This document shows, piece by piece, positions 1 to 15,085 of a DNA stretch of 64,000 nucleotides. The position numbers and the translations under genes are program-made. The stretch comes from an uncultured Alphaproteobacteria bacterium (GTDB lineage: Bacteria > Pseudomonadota > Alphaproteobacteria > Rhizobiales > Xanthobacteraceae), in contig CAVYGV010000005.1 in assembly GCA_963768225.1 (NCBI GenBank), positions 347,184 to 411,183 of the forward strand, given 5' to 3'. The notes beneath the pieces were generated by a model. That model made no database searches and was not told the origin of the DNA. It saw nothing but the letters and a program-made list of their open reading frames with translations. Each line of letters begins with the position of its first letter. Position 1 is the stretch's first letter.

Positions 1-1
1 T

Positions 2-505
2 TGCGAAGTCTGTCACGGCGTGTCGGCGCAGGGTTTTGAGGGATATTATCCGATACCGCGCTTGGCGGGACAACAAATCGCCTATATCGAGAATGAGTTG
101 CAGGGCTTCGTCGAGCACAAGCGGACGAATAATATCATGTTCAACGTCGGGCATGTCCTTAGCCCGGCGATGATAAGAGCGCTTGCCACGAATTTTCACG
201 ATCTCAATCCAAAACCGCTCGGCGGCGCACCGAAGGAACTCGTGGCCACGGGCGAAAAAATCTTTAAAGAGGGAATTCCCGATGCCCAGGTTCCGCCATG
301 CGCTTCCTGTCACGGTCCGGAAGCTAAGGGTAACGAGATTTTTCCTCGTTTGGCGGGTCAGCTCTATCCCTACATCATCGGTCAATTGACGAATTGGACC
401 ACGGAGCGCGCGGAAACCAATTCGAATGTCATGGAGCCGATTGCGCATGGCTTGACCGCGCCGCAAATCAAAGCCGTCGCGGCTTATCTCAGTTATCTGG
501 AGTAA
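2..505 (+). CDS. Diheme c-type cytochrome (c4-like), 5' end truncated by the window edge
   Basis: The frame of ORF 20..505 stays open back to nt 2 and reads CEVCHG (first CXXCH). A second CXXCH (CASCHGPEAKG) follows. The PRLAGQ motif after each heme site is shared with the two downstream paralogs. Confidence 0.8.
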   Translation, partial: CEVCHGVSAQGFEGYYPIPRLAGQQIAYIENELQGFVEHKRTNNIMFNVGHVLSPAMIRALATNFHDLNPKPLGGAPKELVATGEKIFKEGIPDAQVPPCASCHGPEAKGNEIFPRLAGQLYPYIIGQLTNWTTERAETNSNVMEPIAHGLTAPQIKAVAAYLSYLE

Positions 506-509
506 TTCC

Positions 510-1235
510 GTGCGTATCCGCAAAGCATTGCAAACCGCTAAGGAAACGAGTGGCCGGAGTTTTCGGTGCGCGCGACGCCGCACCGCAAAGACCGCCGACT
601 TGGCAGCGGCGCTGGCTATTGCGATTCTGGCGGTTGGCTTCGCCCAGGCCGGTCATGCAGAGGATGTGAGGAGGATTGCCGCCTCAAGGCAAGATGTTCA
701 GGCAAAGATAGGCTACTGCAAGGACTGTCACGGACCGTCGGCACAGGGCTATCGCGGATACTTTCCGATACCGCGGCTCGCGGGGCAGCAACCCGAATAT
801 TTGGAAAATCAGCTGCGAGCCTTTATCGAGCACCGGCGGACGAACAATATCATGTTCAACGTGGCGCATGCGTTGAACCCGGGAATGATGTCGGGGCTCG
901 CCGCGGAATTTAAGAAACTCGATCCCCCGCCGATCGGTGGTGCGCCGAAGGGGCTCGTGGCTGCGGGAAAGAAAATCTTTGAAGATGGAGTTCCCGACGC
1001 CAATGTTGCCGCCTGCGCCGCCTGTCACGGTCCGGAGGCTACCGGCAGCGGAGAAATTCCCCGTCTTGCCGGTCAGCTTGATCCCTACGTCATCAAGGAG
1101 CTGACGAACTGGGGGAAAGAACGAGGACAAAATCCGGCAAGACCGGATACCTCAGCCGTCATGAGCCCGGTTGCGCATAGTTTGAACAAGTCGGAAATTG
1201 AAGCCGTTGCCGCCTTCGTCAGTTATCTCAAGTGA
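510..1235 (+). CDS. Diheme c-type cytochrome with signal peptide (paralog 2 of 3)
   Basis: Two CXXCH motifs (CKDCHG, CAACHG). N-terminal hydrophobic signal AAALAIAILAVGFAQA. Strong similarity to the upstream ORF (YFPIPRLAGQQ..YLENQL..HRRTNNIMFNV). Confidence 0.85.
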   Translation: MRIRKALQTAKETSGRSFRCARRRTAKTADLAAALAIAILAVGFAQAGHAEDVRRIAASRQDVQAKIGYCKDCHGPSAQGYRGYFPIPRLAGQQPEYLENQLRAFIEHRRTNNIMFNVAHALNPGMMSGLAAEFKKLDPPPIGGAPKGLVAAGKKIFEDGVPDANVAACAACHGPEATGSGEIPRLAGQLDPYVIKELTNWGKERGQNPARPDTSAVMSPVAHSLNKSEIEAVAAFVSYLK

Positions 1236-1290
1236 TTCCGTTTGGTTAGCTCGCCGCTCGCAAAGAGGCAGAACGCGTGGAATTCGGATT

Positions 1291-1893
1291 ATGAAATACA
1301 CCCGGTCAAAAATGACGATCCTGGCGATCGTTTTTACCGTTGGTTCCACCTTCGTTGGCCACGCGGAGAGCCTTGCCGTTCGCAATTGTACTTGGTGCCA
1401 TGGCGGCTCGGCGCAAGGCTATACGCCCGCGCCCCGGTTGGCTGGACAGAGATATCAATATCTTGAGAATGAGCTTGCGGACTTTCACGCCCACACGCGG
1501 GACAATCCACTTTCGCGACAATATATGTGGGGCGCTGCTGCAAATCTTACGTGGCAATCCGCACGCAACTTGGCAATGTATTTCTCGACGCTGCCTCCGG
1601 AAGCGGCCGAGGACGGCGACAGGGAGAACGTAGCTCTAGGCAGAACGATCTATCAGCAGGGAATGCCCGATTCCAATATCGTGGCATGCGTGGTTTGCCA
1701 TGGGCCGAACGCGGAGGGCGTTGCGCAAATTCCTCGGCTAGGAGGGCTGGCGTACACCTACCTGAAGCGGCGACTTGAGCAATGGGGTGAAGGCTACCAC
1801 GCGGCCGCAGGCCCTCCGATGCCAGACATTTCGAGCAGATTGTCACAGCATCAAATCGAGGCGCTCGCGTCGTATCTCAGCTTTGTCAAGTAA
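1291..1893 (+). CDS. Diheme c-type cytochrome with signal peptide (paralog 3 of 3)
   Basis: Internal ATG at 1291 (MKYTRSKMTILAIVFTVGSTFVGHA) gives a signal peptide. Two CXXCH motifs (CTWCHG, CVVCHG). PRLAGQ/PRLGGL motifs match the paralogs. Confidence 0.85.
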   Translation: MKYTRSKMTILAIVFTVGSTFVGHAESLAVRNCTWCHGGSAQGYTPAPRLAGQRYQYLENELADFHAHTRDNPLSRQYMWGAAANLTWQSARNLAMYFSTLPPEAAEDGDRENVALGRTIYQQGMPDSNIVACVVCHGPNAEGVAQIPRLGGLAYTYLKRRLEQWGEGYHAAAGPPMPDISSRLSQHQIEALASYLSFVK

Positions 1894-1896
1894 AAG

Positions 1897-1918
1897 GCGA
1901 ATTGCCACGGCAATTCGC
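1897..1918 (-). terminator. Perfect 9-bp hairpin between convergent genes; candidate terminator for the acyltransferase gene
   Basis: GCGAATTGC-cacg-GCAATTCGC. On the minus strand it is followed by CUUUUAC. It lies 3 nt after the minus-strand stop. Confidence 0.4.
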
Positions 1919-1920
1919 AC

Positions 1921-3021
1921 TTAGTTCATTGCGTGCCGGATATTCACCGATCCGGAGACGCCGTACCCACGCACAAAGTCGCGGCATGGCTCTACCAAAG
2001 AACGGTTCAACATCGCCAAGCCGGCTCCGCTCAGGATGATCGCGGGTGTTGCGGCTGCAAGCAGCGTCCAGCCGCGCCATTGTCCCGGCATGAAAGTCGC
2101 AGCGACAGCAAAGCCGGCCAGCCACTGTACCAAAAAGACGAAATATGCCCATTCGCCGAGTGTCCGGTCAACCCGCGCAAGCATTGCGGCTGGTCGCACC
2201 CCGGCGAGCCCGGCGACAACGACCGTAAACAGGACGATGCCAGCGTAGTAGCCAATTCCGAAAACATACGAGTGTGGGAAAATCCAGCCGCCGGCCGCCA
2301 TATTGGCGCACCAGACCGCAAACGCCGCTACCGCGACGCTCGGGGCGACGCACCACGCTTCGCGCTGACGCATGAAATACACGAGCGCACCCGCCGCGAA
2401 TGGAAGCACTGCCGACGGCACGGGAAAATAGTGCGTAGGCCAGCCAAGGTCTGCGTAGGTGCAGGCCAGATGATAACAAAGCCCGACTGTCAAGGCGACC
2501 AATGCCCAGCCGAGGCGTCGTGCGATCACCAGATAGAGCATGAGATACATTTGGACTTCGATCGCGATCGACCAGAACGGCACCATCCGAAATGCCGGAT
2601 TGGTAGTTTGCATAGGCAGCACCGCGAGATTGAGCAGCACATCGCGCAGCTGCATATCGGCATGCCAGAATTTCAGATACTCGCCGGACTCGTTCGGGAG
2701 CACGGCAACGACCAGGAGCGTGATCGCGCTTACGATATAGTAGGGCGGCAGGAGCCGAAGCGCGCGATTGATGCAAAAGCGTAACCCGTCAAAGTGATAT
2801 ACCTCGTTGAGCGCCGATGTCATGACATAGCCGGCAATGACGAAAAATCCGACTACCGCATAAAAGCCGAAATGCGCCAAGTAATTGCCGCCGACAAGGT
2901 GGCTGACGACGACCAGATAGGCCAACAGGAATCGCATCTGTCCGAACATAGATGCCTCACCAGCCGTGTTATCTGGCTCCACGTTTAGCGGCAAAAGAAT
3001 TGGTTTGCGGCTCGCTCGCAT
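1921..3021 (-). CDS. Acyltransferase family 3 integral membrane protein (OafA-like)
   Basis: Polytopic hydrophobic 366-aa ORF. The N-terminal FLLAYLVVVSHL motif is typical of acyltransferase_3. Alternative start at 2949 (MFGQMRF). Confidence 0.75.
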   Translation of the reverse strand: MRASRKPILLPLNVEPDNTAGEASMFGQMRFLLAYLVVVSHLVGGNYLAHFGFYAVVGFFVIAGYVMTSALNEVYHFDGLRFCINRALRLLPPYYIVSAITLLVVAVLPNESGEYLKFWHADMQLRDVLLNLAVLPMQTTNPAFRMVPFWSIAIEVQMYLMLYLVIARRLGWALVALTVGLCYHLACTYADLGWPTHYFPVPSAVLPFAAGALVYFMRQREAWCVAPSVAVAAFAVWCANMAAGGWIFPHSYVFGIGYYAGIVLFTVVVAGLAGVRPAAMLARVDRTLGEWAYFVFLVQWLAGFAVAATFMPGQWRGWTLLAAATPAIILSGAGLAMLNRSLVEPCRDFVRGYGVSGSVNIRHAMN

Positions 3022-3208
3022 CGAGCGAATTTCTCAATTCGTATTTTCCTCCAAGCGAATTAAGCGTGGGCTAATGTCACCCCGCGTCGACCCTGCGATT
3101 GGGCCGGGGCTGCCATGTCGAATTGCGGGCGAGTTGACTTAGATCAATGCGTTAATCCCAATCGATTTCTAGCCTAAGATTTATTTCGGCCGAAGAGAGG
3201 AGGGTCAA

Positions 3209-3640
3209 ATGTCAGCCCTATCCGGTAAAGAAAGTCGATCGCCTTTTAAAGCCTTTCTGCGATGGTGCCGAGAGTGGGCCAGTGGAGATTCCGCATCCGA
3301 TTTGTCATGCGTGGCGGAAGCCGAATTCGAGCGCATAGCGCGGGATTTGCGCATGTCTCCTGCCGAACTCCGGGCCGTTGCGAGGCGAGGTCCGGAAGCT
3401 GCGGATCTCTTGCTGCGCCGCATGACCGCCCTCGATCTCGATCCAACTGAGGTCTCTCAAATTGGACCCGAGACGTTCCGCGACCTCCAGCGTTCCTGCG
3501 CCTTGTGTGAAAGTAAGAGGCGCTGTGCGCGAGATCTTGCGCGCGATCCGGCCAATCCAGCGTGGAAAAATTATTGCCCGAACAATGCAACGCTCATGGC
3601 GCTGGACGCGCTGCCGTGGGCGTCGCGTAACGAGTGGTAG
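3209..3640 (+). CDS. Hypothetical small protein, possibly DUF6455-like
   Basis: 143-aa ORF preceded by GAGAGGAGGG. C-terminal CALCESKRRCARDL..NYCPN cysteine motif. The family assignment is from memory and is not verified. Confidence 0.5.
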   Translation: MSALSGKESRSPFKAFLRWCREWASGDSASDLSCVAEAEFERIARDLRMSPAELRAVARRGPEAADLLLRRMTALDLDPTEVSQIGPETFRDLQRSCALCESKRRCARDLARDPANPAWKNYCPNNATLMALDALPWASRNEW

Positions 3641-3698
3641 TGCGTCGCCGACGTGACTGCGCGATGCCTCTCTTGCATGGACAGCGGTGACAAAGGCA

Positions 3699-4595
3699 TC
3701 AACCTCCGCCGCCGTTGATCTCGCTCATGATTTTTTTGATCTCGGCGCGGAAGCCCGGCGCGATATCCGGGCGCGCCAGCGCATAGGAAACGTTGGCGGC
3801 AAGAAAGCCGATCTTCGAGCCGCAGTCGAAACTGCGGCCGTCGAATTGCAGGCCGTAGAACGGCTGTTTGCCCGCCAGCTGGATCATGGCGTCGGTCAAC
3901 TGGATTTCGCCGCCGGTGCCGCGTCCCTGCGTGCCAAGAATTTCCAGGATTTCCGGCTGCAGAATATAGCGGCCGGTGAGGATCAGATTCGACGGCGCGC
4001 GATTGACCGGCGGCTTCTCCACCATGCTGGTGATGGAAAACATCTTGCCTTTGCGCTCGCCGACGCCGACGACGCCATATTGATCGACGCGATCGTGCGG
4101 CACTTCCTCGACGGCGACAATATTTGCTTGTCCGGGCACTTCGCGCGCCGCATCGAGCATCTGCGCGAGGCAGCCTCGCTCGTGCTGGACCAGCACGTCG
4201 GGCAGAAGCAGCGCAAACGGCTCATGGCCGATCAATTCGCGCGCGCACCATACGGCGTGGCCGAGGCCGAGCGGCTCCTGCTGGCGGGTGAAGCTCGTCG
4301 AACCGGGCACCGGCAGGTCCTGGTTGAGATAGTCGAGGATCTTGTGCTTCTGCCGCTCGAGCAGCGTCATTTCCAGCTCGAACTGGCGGTCGAAGTGATC
4401 TTCAATGACGCCTTTGTTGCGGCCGGTGACGAAGATGAAATGCTCGATGCCGGCTTCGCGCGCCTCATCGACGACGTGCTGAATGAGCGGCCGGTCGACG
4501 ACCGGCAACATTTCTTTCGGCATGGCCTTGGTTGCCGGCAGGAACCGGGTGCCGAGCCCGGCGACTGGGAAAACAGCTTTGCGGACGGTGTTCAT
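3699..4595 (-). CDS. galU: UTP--glucose-1-phosphate uridylyltransferase
   Basis: N-terminal [34 protein letters not shown] signature. Length of 298 aa is typical. Confidence 0.9.
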   Translation of the reverse strand: MNTVRKAVFPVAGLGTRFLPATKAMPKEMLPVVDRPLIQHVVDEAREAGIEHFIFVTGRNKGVIEDHFDRQFELEMTLLERQKHKILDYLNQDLPVPGSTSFTRQQEPLGLGHAVWCARELIGHEPFALLLPDVLVQHERGCLAQMLDAAREVPGQANIVAVEEVPHDRVDQYGVVGVGERKGKMFSITSMVEKPPVNRAPSNLILTGRYILQPEILEILGTQGRGTGGEIQLTDAMIQLAGKQPFYGLQFDGRSFDCGSKIGFLAANVSYALARPDIAPGFRAEIKKIMSEINGGGG

Positions 4596-4893
4596 GGGAT
4601 GCCAAGAGGCGCTGTGAATGACGTAGGTTGGCGGGACTGGACCGTGCCGTCCAAATTATCGCGCCAAGCCCGATTTTCCAAAGTCTCGCCTAATTGCTTG
4701 TGCAACAGGGAACGACGCGCGAGGCAGAATGCTCTAATCTCGCTATATATTTTGGCCCGCATCCGATTGCTACCACTGTGACAGCCCGTTGTCGGAAATC
4801 GCTTTGCCGCACGCGGCAAGAACACACTGTTAGTGATTCGAAGTACATTAGCAGGCGCCTGTGGGGGCGGCCATGAGTTGAGACCAGAAGTCT

Positions 4894-6246
4894 ATGCGTT
4901 CCGCGCTCATCCTTCGTCTCACCGCGGCACTTCTGGTGCCGGTCATTCTTGCCCCGGGTCTTGCCGCTCCCGCGCGTGCGCAACAGCCCGACAACTGGTT
5001 AACGCGCTTCTTTCAACCCCCGCCGGCAAGCTCGGTTCCAGGATCGAACGACGCAGCGCAATGGAGCGGCCAGTCGGGCGCGTCTGGCAATCCGCTGATG
5101 ACCGCGGACGCCATCCGCGCGGCCGCCGCCGATTTCGGCAATTGCCTCGCCGGGTTGTGGTCCGATGCCGCGCGGCGCGGCATTACGCGGGCGAATTTCG
5201 AGCGCATTACTGCGGGCCTTACCCCGGACTTGAGCATCATGGATAAGCTCGATGCGCAACCGGAATTCACCAAGGCGCCATGGGACTATCTCGACCTCTT
5301 GGTTAGCGATGACCGGATCACGCGCGGCCGCGAATTGGTGGCGCAATATGCCCCCACATTCGCCGCCGTCGAACGCGCTTACGGTGTCGACCGCTACATC
5401 ATCGCGGCGATCTGGGGCGTCGAGTCGGACTACGGCACGCTCGGCGGCGACCGTCCGGTGCTCCGCTCGACCGCGACGCTCGCCTGCGTCGGCCGTCGCA
5501 GCGATGCCTTCCGCGAGGAGTTTTTGTCGACGCTGGAAATTCTCCAGCGCGGCGATATCCCGCCCGACCGCCTCATCGGCTCGTGGGCCGGCGCGTTCGG
5601 CCCGACGCAATTCATGCCGACCTCGTTTCAACGCTATGCAGTGGATTTCGACGGCGACGGGCATCGCGACGTGGTCGATTCGATTCCGGACATGATCGCT
5701 TCCACGGCAAATCTGTTGCACGTGAACGGCTGGGTCAGCGGTCAGACCTGGGGCTACGAAGTCGCACTGCCGCAGAACTTCAATTATCTGTTGGCCGACA
5801 GTTCGCAGCCGATGACGTTACGGCAATGGCAGGGATTGGGCGTGCGGCGCGCCGACAGCCAAGCATTTCCGCGTCCCGAAGAACGCGCCTTTCTGCTGTT
5901 GCCGGCGGGGGCGCGCGGGCCGGCTTTCCTGATGCTGAAGAACTTCACGGTCATCATGAAATACAATCCGGCCGAAGCCTATGCGCTCGCCATCGGCCAT
6001 CTCGCCGACCGGATGCGCGGCGGCGCTCCTTTCGTCCAGGGCTGGCCGCGCGACGAGCGCGTGCTCACACTCGATGAGCGCTACCAGATGCAGCAGCTTC
6101 TGGCGCAGCGCGGCTTCAACATCGGCGAGCCCGACGGCCTGATCGGTCCGCGAACCCGTCTCGCCATTCGGGATTTCCAGGCCTCGGTCGGCGAGATTCC
6201 GGACGGGTTCGCCTCAGGCGATGTACTCGACCGCCTGCGCCAGTAA
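4894..6246 (+). CDS. Lytic murein transglycosylase (MltB-like) with C-terminal peptidoglycan-binding domain
   Basis: Signal peptide ending in ARAQQ. IIAAIWGVESDYG and GPTQFMP motifs. C-terminal LLAQRGFNIGEPDGLIGPRTRLAIRDFQ (PG_binding_1-like). Confidence 0.85.
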   Translation: MRSALILRLTAALLVPVILAPGLAAPARAQQPDNWLTRFFQPPPASSVPGSNDAAQWSGQSGASGNPLMTADAIRAAAADFGNCLAGLWSDAARRGITRANFERITAGLTPDLSIMDKLDAQPEFTKAPWDYLDLLVSDDRITRGRELVAQYAPTFAAVERAYGVDRYIIAAIWGVESDYGTLGGDRPVLRSTATLACVGRRSDAFREEFLSTLEILQRGDIPPDRLIGSWAGAFGPTQFMPTSFQRYAVDFDGDGHRDVVDSIPDMIASTANLLHVNGWVSGQTWGYEVALPQNFNYLLADSSQPMTLRQWQGLGVRRADSQAFPRPEERAFLLLPAGARGPAFLMLKNFTVIMKYNPAEAYALAIGHLADRMRGGAPFVQGWPRDERVLTLDERYQMQQLLAQRGFNIGEPDGLIGPRTRLAIRDFQASVGEIPDGFASGDVLDRLRQ

Positions 6247-6307
6247 GCGTGCCGGCGATGCGCCTGGAATGACCCTGAAGTTGACATTATCCTTACGCAA
6301 ACCTTCA

Positions 6308-6339
6308 GCCGTGTCGCCGCGGCGGCGTCGGCTTTTTTC
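6308..6339 (+). terminator. Candidate Rho-independent terminator after the transglycosylase gene
   Basis: GC-rich hairpin (GCCGTGTCGCCGCGGCGGCGTCGGC) followed by TTTTTT. Confidence 0.5.
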
Positions 6340-6399
6340 GCTATTATACGCTAATATAGCCGGGCGTTGGCGGAAGGCTCATTCGGGCGAAAGCGGTTC

Positions 6400-7860
6400 A
6401 TGGCAAAGCGGCATATGCGACGGCTGATCATTGCGTTCGTGATTGCGGCGGGCGCCGCGGTGGTGACCAAGCCCGCCATTGCCCAGATTTTTTATTGGGG
6501 CGACCGGCCTTCCAATCCGGGCTATTACCAGCAGCCGCAGCAGCGGGATTTGTTTTCGTTCCCATTCCTCGGCGGCCCGCGGTATCGGCCGCCGGTCGAT
6601 TATTCCAAGGCGCCGCCGCCGCGCAAATTGGAAACGCCGCCAACCTCTACCATCGTAGTGGTGGGCGATTCCATGGCCGACTGGCTCGGCCACGGACTCG
6701 ACGAGATCTACGCCGAGCAGCAACCTGATACCGGCGTGGTGCGCGACATCCGCGCCCCGGCCGGTCTCATACATTACGATGCGAAAAACGAGACGCTCGA
6801 CTGGCCGGGCGCCATCAAAGATCAGCTGGCGACGCAAAAGCCGAATGCTATCGTCGTCATGCTCGGCGTGAATGATCGCATATCGATCCGTGATCGGGCG
6901 CCCTCGGCCAAGGGGACGGAGCAAACGCCGACTGATAAAGGCGCTGCCGCCAATTCCGCAGCTGCATCCCAGCAGGGCGGCGCGGACGCCGCGGCGCAGC
7001 GTCCGGTTCCTGGCGGCAATTACGATTTCCGCACCGATCAATGGGCTGACCTCTACGTCAAGCGCATCGACGAAATGATCGCAGCGCTCAAGACCAAGGG
7101 CGTGCCGGTTTTGTGGGTCGGACTGCCCGCGCTACGCGGCACCAAGTCGACCAGCGATATGGCCTATCTCGATGAGCTGTATCGCGAGCGCGCGGAGCGG
7201 GCCGGGGTCTATTACGTCGACATCTGGGACGGTTTCGTCGACGACCAGGGCCGCTACTCGGTGGACGGCCCGGACTTCGAGGGCCAGATCCGCCGCCTGC
7301 GGGCCGCGGACGGCGTGCATTTCACCAAGGCCGGCGCGGTGAAGCTTGCAAGCTATGTCGAGCTCGAATTGCGCCGGGTCATGTCAGCCAAGGTCGCGCC
7401 GGTGGTTCTGCCGGGGCAGGCGTCGCCGGCCAAGCCCGGCGCGCCGCGACCCAACGTCGGCCCGGTGCTGCCGCTCACCGTCTCAAGCAGCAGCGAGGGG
7501 AGCGCCAACGGTGCCGGCGGTCTTCTCGGCGCCGGCAATCAACCCCCGCCGCTTGCGTCCGATCCACTCGCGGCGAAAGTGTTGGACCGCGGCGCGCCGA
7601 TTGCTGCGGTCGCCGGTCGCGCCGATGATTTTTCGTGGCCGCGGCCGGCCGGGCCGGCCGATGTCGCGCCGCAACCGGTTTCGCTCGCGCCGGGCACGCC
7701 GGCAAAGAGCGCTGCCACCGTGCACGACGAGGCGAAAAAACCGACCGACGCGAAAAAGGATGCCAAGAAGAAACCGGACGCCGATTCGGGAGCGGCAAAG
7801 ACCCGTACCTCGCCGCGGGCGGAACTCGACGGCGCGCCGGCCCCGGTCGGCTCGCGCTAA
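6400..7860 (+). CDS. SGNH/GDSL-type hydrolase family protein (DUF459-like) with Ala/Pro-rich C-terminal tail
   Basis: ATG at 6400 gives [22 protein letters not shown] (signal or anchor). [12 protein letters not shown] block I motif. ADGVHFT block V-like motif. Confidence 0.7.
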   Translation: MAKRHMRRLIIAFVIAAGAAVVTKPAIAQIFYWGDRPSNPGYYQQPQQRDLFSFPFLGGPRYRPPVDYSKAPPPRKLETPPTSTIVVVGDSMADWLGHGLDEIYAEQQPDTGVVRDIRAPAGLIHYDAKNETLDWPGAIKDQLATQKPNAIVVMLGVNDRISIRDRAPSAKGTEQTPTDKGAAANSAAASQQGGADAAAQRPVPGGNYDFRTDQWADLYVKRIDEMIAALKTKGVPVLWVGLPALRGTKSTSDMAYLDELYRERAERAGVYYVDIWDGFVDDQGRYSVDGPDFEGQIRRLRAADGVHFTKAGAVKLASYVELELRRVMSAKVAPVVLPGQASPAKPGAPRPNVGPVLPLTVSSSSEGSANGAGGLLGAGNQPPPLASDPLAAKVLDRGAPIAAVAGRADDFSWPRPAGPADVAPQPVSLAPGTPAKSAATVHDEAKKPTDAKKDAKKKPDADSGAAKTRTSPRAELDGAPAPVGSR

Positions 7861-9299
7861 CGCGGCAACAGCGTCGCGCCCATCAGATATTTGTCGACCG
7901 CGTGCGCGGCTTGGCGACCTTCGCGGATCGCCCAGACCACGAGCGACTGGCCGCGGCGCATGTCGCCGGCGGTAAACACCTTGTCGAGCGAGGTTTTGTA
8001 GTCGTCGGTCGAGGCGGCGACGTTGCCGCGCGGGTCGAGTGCGAGACCGAGACTCTTGATCATCCCCTCGTGCACCGGGTGCACGAAGCCCATCGCCAGC
8101 AGGACGAGGTCGGCGGGAAGCTCGAATTCGGTGCCGGGGACCGGCTTGAACTTGTCGTCGGCGCGCACGCAATGCAGCTTTTTCACCGTGCCGTTCTCGC
8201 CGGTGAATTTCGTCGTCATCACCGCGAAGTCGCGCTCGACGCCTTCCTCGTGACTCGACGACGTGCGCAGTTTGAGCGGCCAATCCGGCCAGGTCAGCGC
8301 CTTGTTCTCATGCAGCGGCGGCTGGGGCATGATCTCGAAATTGGTCACCGACAACGCGCCTTGGCGAAACGAGGTGCCGATGCAGTCCGATCCGGTGTCA
8401 CCACCGCCGATAACGACGACATGCTTGCCGCCGGCGAGGATCGGTGCGCCGTCAGTTGGCGTCTCGCCTGAAACGCGGCGGTTCTGCTGCGGCAAAAAAT
8501 CCATGGCGAAGTGGATGCCCTTGAGCTCGCGGCCGGGGACCGGCAGATCGCGCGGCGCTTCGGCGCCGCCGGTGAGCACCACCGCGTCATAGTCCCTGAG
8601 CAATTTATCGGCCGGAACGTTCACGCCGACATGCGCGCCGTAATGGAACGTGACGCCTTCGGCCTGCATCTGCACAACGCGGCGGTCGACGTGATGCTTC
8701 TCCATCTTGAAGTCGGGGATGCCGTAACGCAAAAGCCCGCCGGCCTTCGCCCAACGCTCGTAGACATGAACGTCGTGGCCGGTGCGGGCGAGCTGTTGCG
8801 CGCAGGCCATACCCGCCGGTCCTGAGCCGACGATTGCGACCTTCTTGCCGGTCTGCGCCGCTGGCGGCTCGGGCTTGAGCCCCTGGGCGATGGCGCGGTC
8901 GGCGATCGCGCATTCGATCGATTTAATAGTGACCGGATTGTCGTCGATGTTGAGCGTGCAGGAGGCCTCGCACGGCGCCGGGCAGACCCGTCCGGTGACT
9001 TCCGGAAAATTGTTGGTCGAATGCAGATTCCGTGCCGCCTCGTCCCAGTTACCGCCATAGACGAGGTCGTTCCAATCCGGGATCTGGTTATTAACCGGAC
9101 AGCCCGGCGAGCCGGGCGCGACCGAGCCGGTGCCCATGCAGTAAGGCACGCCGCAATTCATGCAGCGGGCGGCCTGGATGACGTAATCCTTTTCCGGCAG
9201 CGGCAGGACGAATTCGCGCCAGTGATGAATGCGCTCGGCGACCGGCTCGTAGTCACGATCCTCGCGCTGGTATTCGAGAAAGCCGGTAATCTTGCCCAC
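7857..9299 (-). CDS. gltD: Glutamate synthase small subunit (NADPH)
   Basis: Full-length match by eye to GltD: CMNCGVPYC and CPAPCE Fe-S cysteine clusters, [19 protein letters not shown] and [13 protein letters not shown] dinucleotide folds. Confidence 0.95.
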   Translation of the reverse strand: MGKITGFLEYQREDRDYEPVAERIHHWREFVLPLPEKDYVIQAARCMNCGVPYCMGTGSVAPGSPGCPVNNQIPDWNDLVYGGNWDEAARNLHSTNNFPEVTGRVCPAPCEASCTLNIDDNPVTIKSIECAIADRAIAQGLKPEPPAAQTGKKVAIVGSGPAGMACAQQLARTGHDVHVYERWAKAGGLLRYGIPDFKMEKHHVDRRVVQMQAEGVTFHYGAHVGVNVPADKLLRDYDAVVLTGGAEAPRDLPVPGRELKGIHFAMDFLPQQNRRVSGETPTDGAPILAGGKHVVVIGGGDTGSDCIGTSFRQGALSVTNFEIMPQPPLHENKALTWPDWPLKLRTSSSHEEGVERDFAVMTTKFTGENGTVKKLHCVRADDKFKPVPGTEFELPADLVLLAMGFVHPVHEGMIKSLGLALDPRGNVAASTDDYKTSLDKVFTAGDMRRGQSLVVWAIREGRQAAHAVDKYLMGATLLPR

Positions 9300-9367
9300 T
9301 GCGCGCTCTAGATTTTGCCGAACCTGATTTTTGCCGAAAATCGGTATCTAATTTTCGGAATCATGCT

Positions 9368-13987
<4,620 letters not shown>

Positions 13988-14593
13988 CGTCCTACTCGCG
14001 ATCCTCCCGGCACCCCGACGCATGCGGCATCGGGCTCCGACAATCCACCTCTTCGCTCCTCCCTCCTATCCTCGCGCGCGGCGGATGGGACGAACGGAGC
14101 TTGCGCCCAGGGGCGAGTTACACTTATTGGAGGCAACCTTTGTGCCGCTTATGCGGCCGCTGGTTGCTTGTTCTTGCCGCCGCCCGGCGCGCCCTCGCCA
14201 CCAGCGGCTGACCCCCTGCGTCTCGTCGGATTTCCCAACCGCGCCTCGTGGGGTCACCAATTGGGACAGCAATGCTGTCCTATGCAGAACATGGCAAATT
14301 CTGCAATCCAATACAAGCGCCCACCCCTTACCTTTCGCTCCCCGCATGAAGGGTCGAGAGGAAAAGGAGACGAAAAGCGCTACCAAGCCCCGGTCGCTGC
14401 CGATTTTGCTAACGTTCCGCAGCTGAAGTGGATCATGGGACGGCCTTTCGTGCAATGGGCGCAGAGACGCGACGCTCCCGCTTGTGTGCAGCCCTGCCGA
14501 ACGTGCGGGGAGACGGGCCAACTCGATCGAACGCTGGTCCGGTCGGTTGCTTAGTCGCGCGGCAGGTACGGCCCGATCTGAGAGTCAGGATTG

Positions 14594-15085
14594 TCAGTCG
14601 ATCTCCGCCAGTTCCATCCAAGGCAGCGCCTCGACGGCGCACGGCCCGGTCGCCCAAATCACCAGGCACGGAACCCGCGAGGCAGAAAATCCAAGTCGCA
14701 AACTGATGCGCCGCCAAATTTCGCCGGCGTCCACTGGCAACGAGGGATAGTCGCGCAGGATGTGCCCGCGATAGACGAAGAACTCCCTGGCGTTGTCAGG
14801 CTCGCGGATGCGCATGGCTTGAAGATTTTCGCCGTCCAAGTCGACATTTTCGACATGGAGTTGGCAATCGTTCTTGCGGCCGAGAGAACCGTGTCCGAAT
14901 GCGCCGGGGTTCACCGCAAATCCCTGGCGCGCAAGCCAGTTTTCAATGGTTTGGTCGAGGCCGATGCCGGTAGGTCGCGGAGCTTCCTTCGGCCCGGTCG
15001 ATTTCAATGCGATCGTCGCCGCGAAAACGGCTGCGACGACACCCAATTTAAGTGCGCGCAAAAAGGTCACGACGATGTCCGGCAA
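14594..15085 (-). CDS. Hypothetical N-terminally membrane-anchored protein encoded directly after the exosortase-like gene; possible accessory partner
   Basis: 163-aa ORF with one N-terminal hydrophobic helix (LKLGVVAAVFAATIAL). It overlaps or abuts the stop of the upstream gene (TAA-A-TTG at 15050-15044). The start codon is ambiguous (TTG 15085, GTG 15070 or TTG 15046). I recognise no family signature. Confidence 0.45.
   Translation of the reverse strand: MPDIVVTFLRALKLGVVAAVFAATIALKSTGPKEAPRPTGIGLDQTIENWLARQGFAVNPGAFGHGSLGRKNDCQLHVENVDLDGENLQAMRIREPDNAREFFVYRGHILRDYPSLPVDAGEIWRRISLRLGFSASRVPCLVIWATGPCAVEALPWMELAEID

Noticed and set aside
3687-4781. 364-aa plus-strand ORF antisense to galU
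   Set aside because: galU on the opposite strand has an unambiguous signature. This is a shadow ORF.
14024-14593. 570-bp spacer upstream of gltB containing several 90-150-aa ORFs on both strands; considered as a hidden gene or riboswitch
   Set aside because: The ORF translations are Arg/Ser/Pro-rich and featureless. I recognise no riboswitch or sRNA signature and no terminator. It is most simply a long gltB leader and promoter region.
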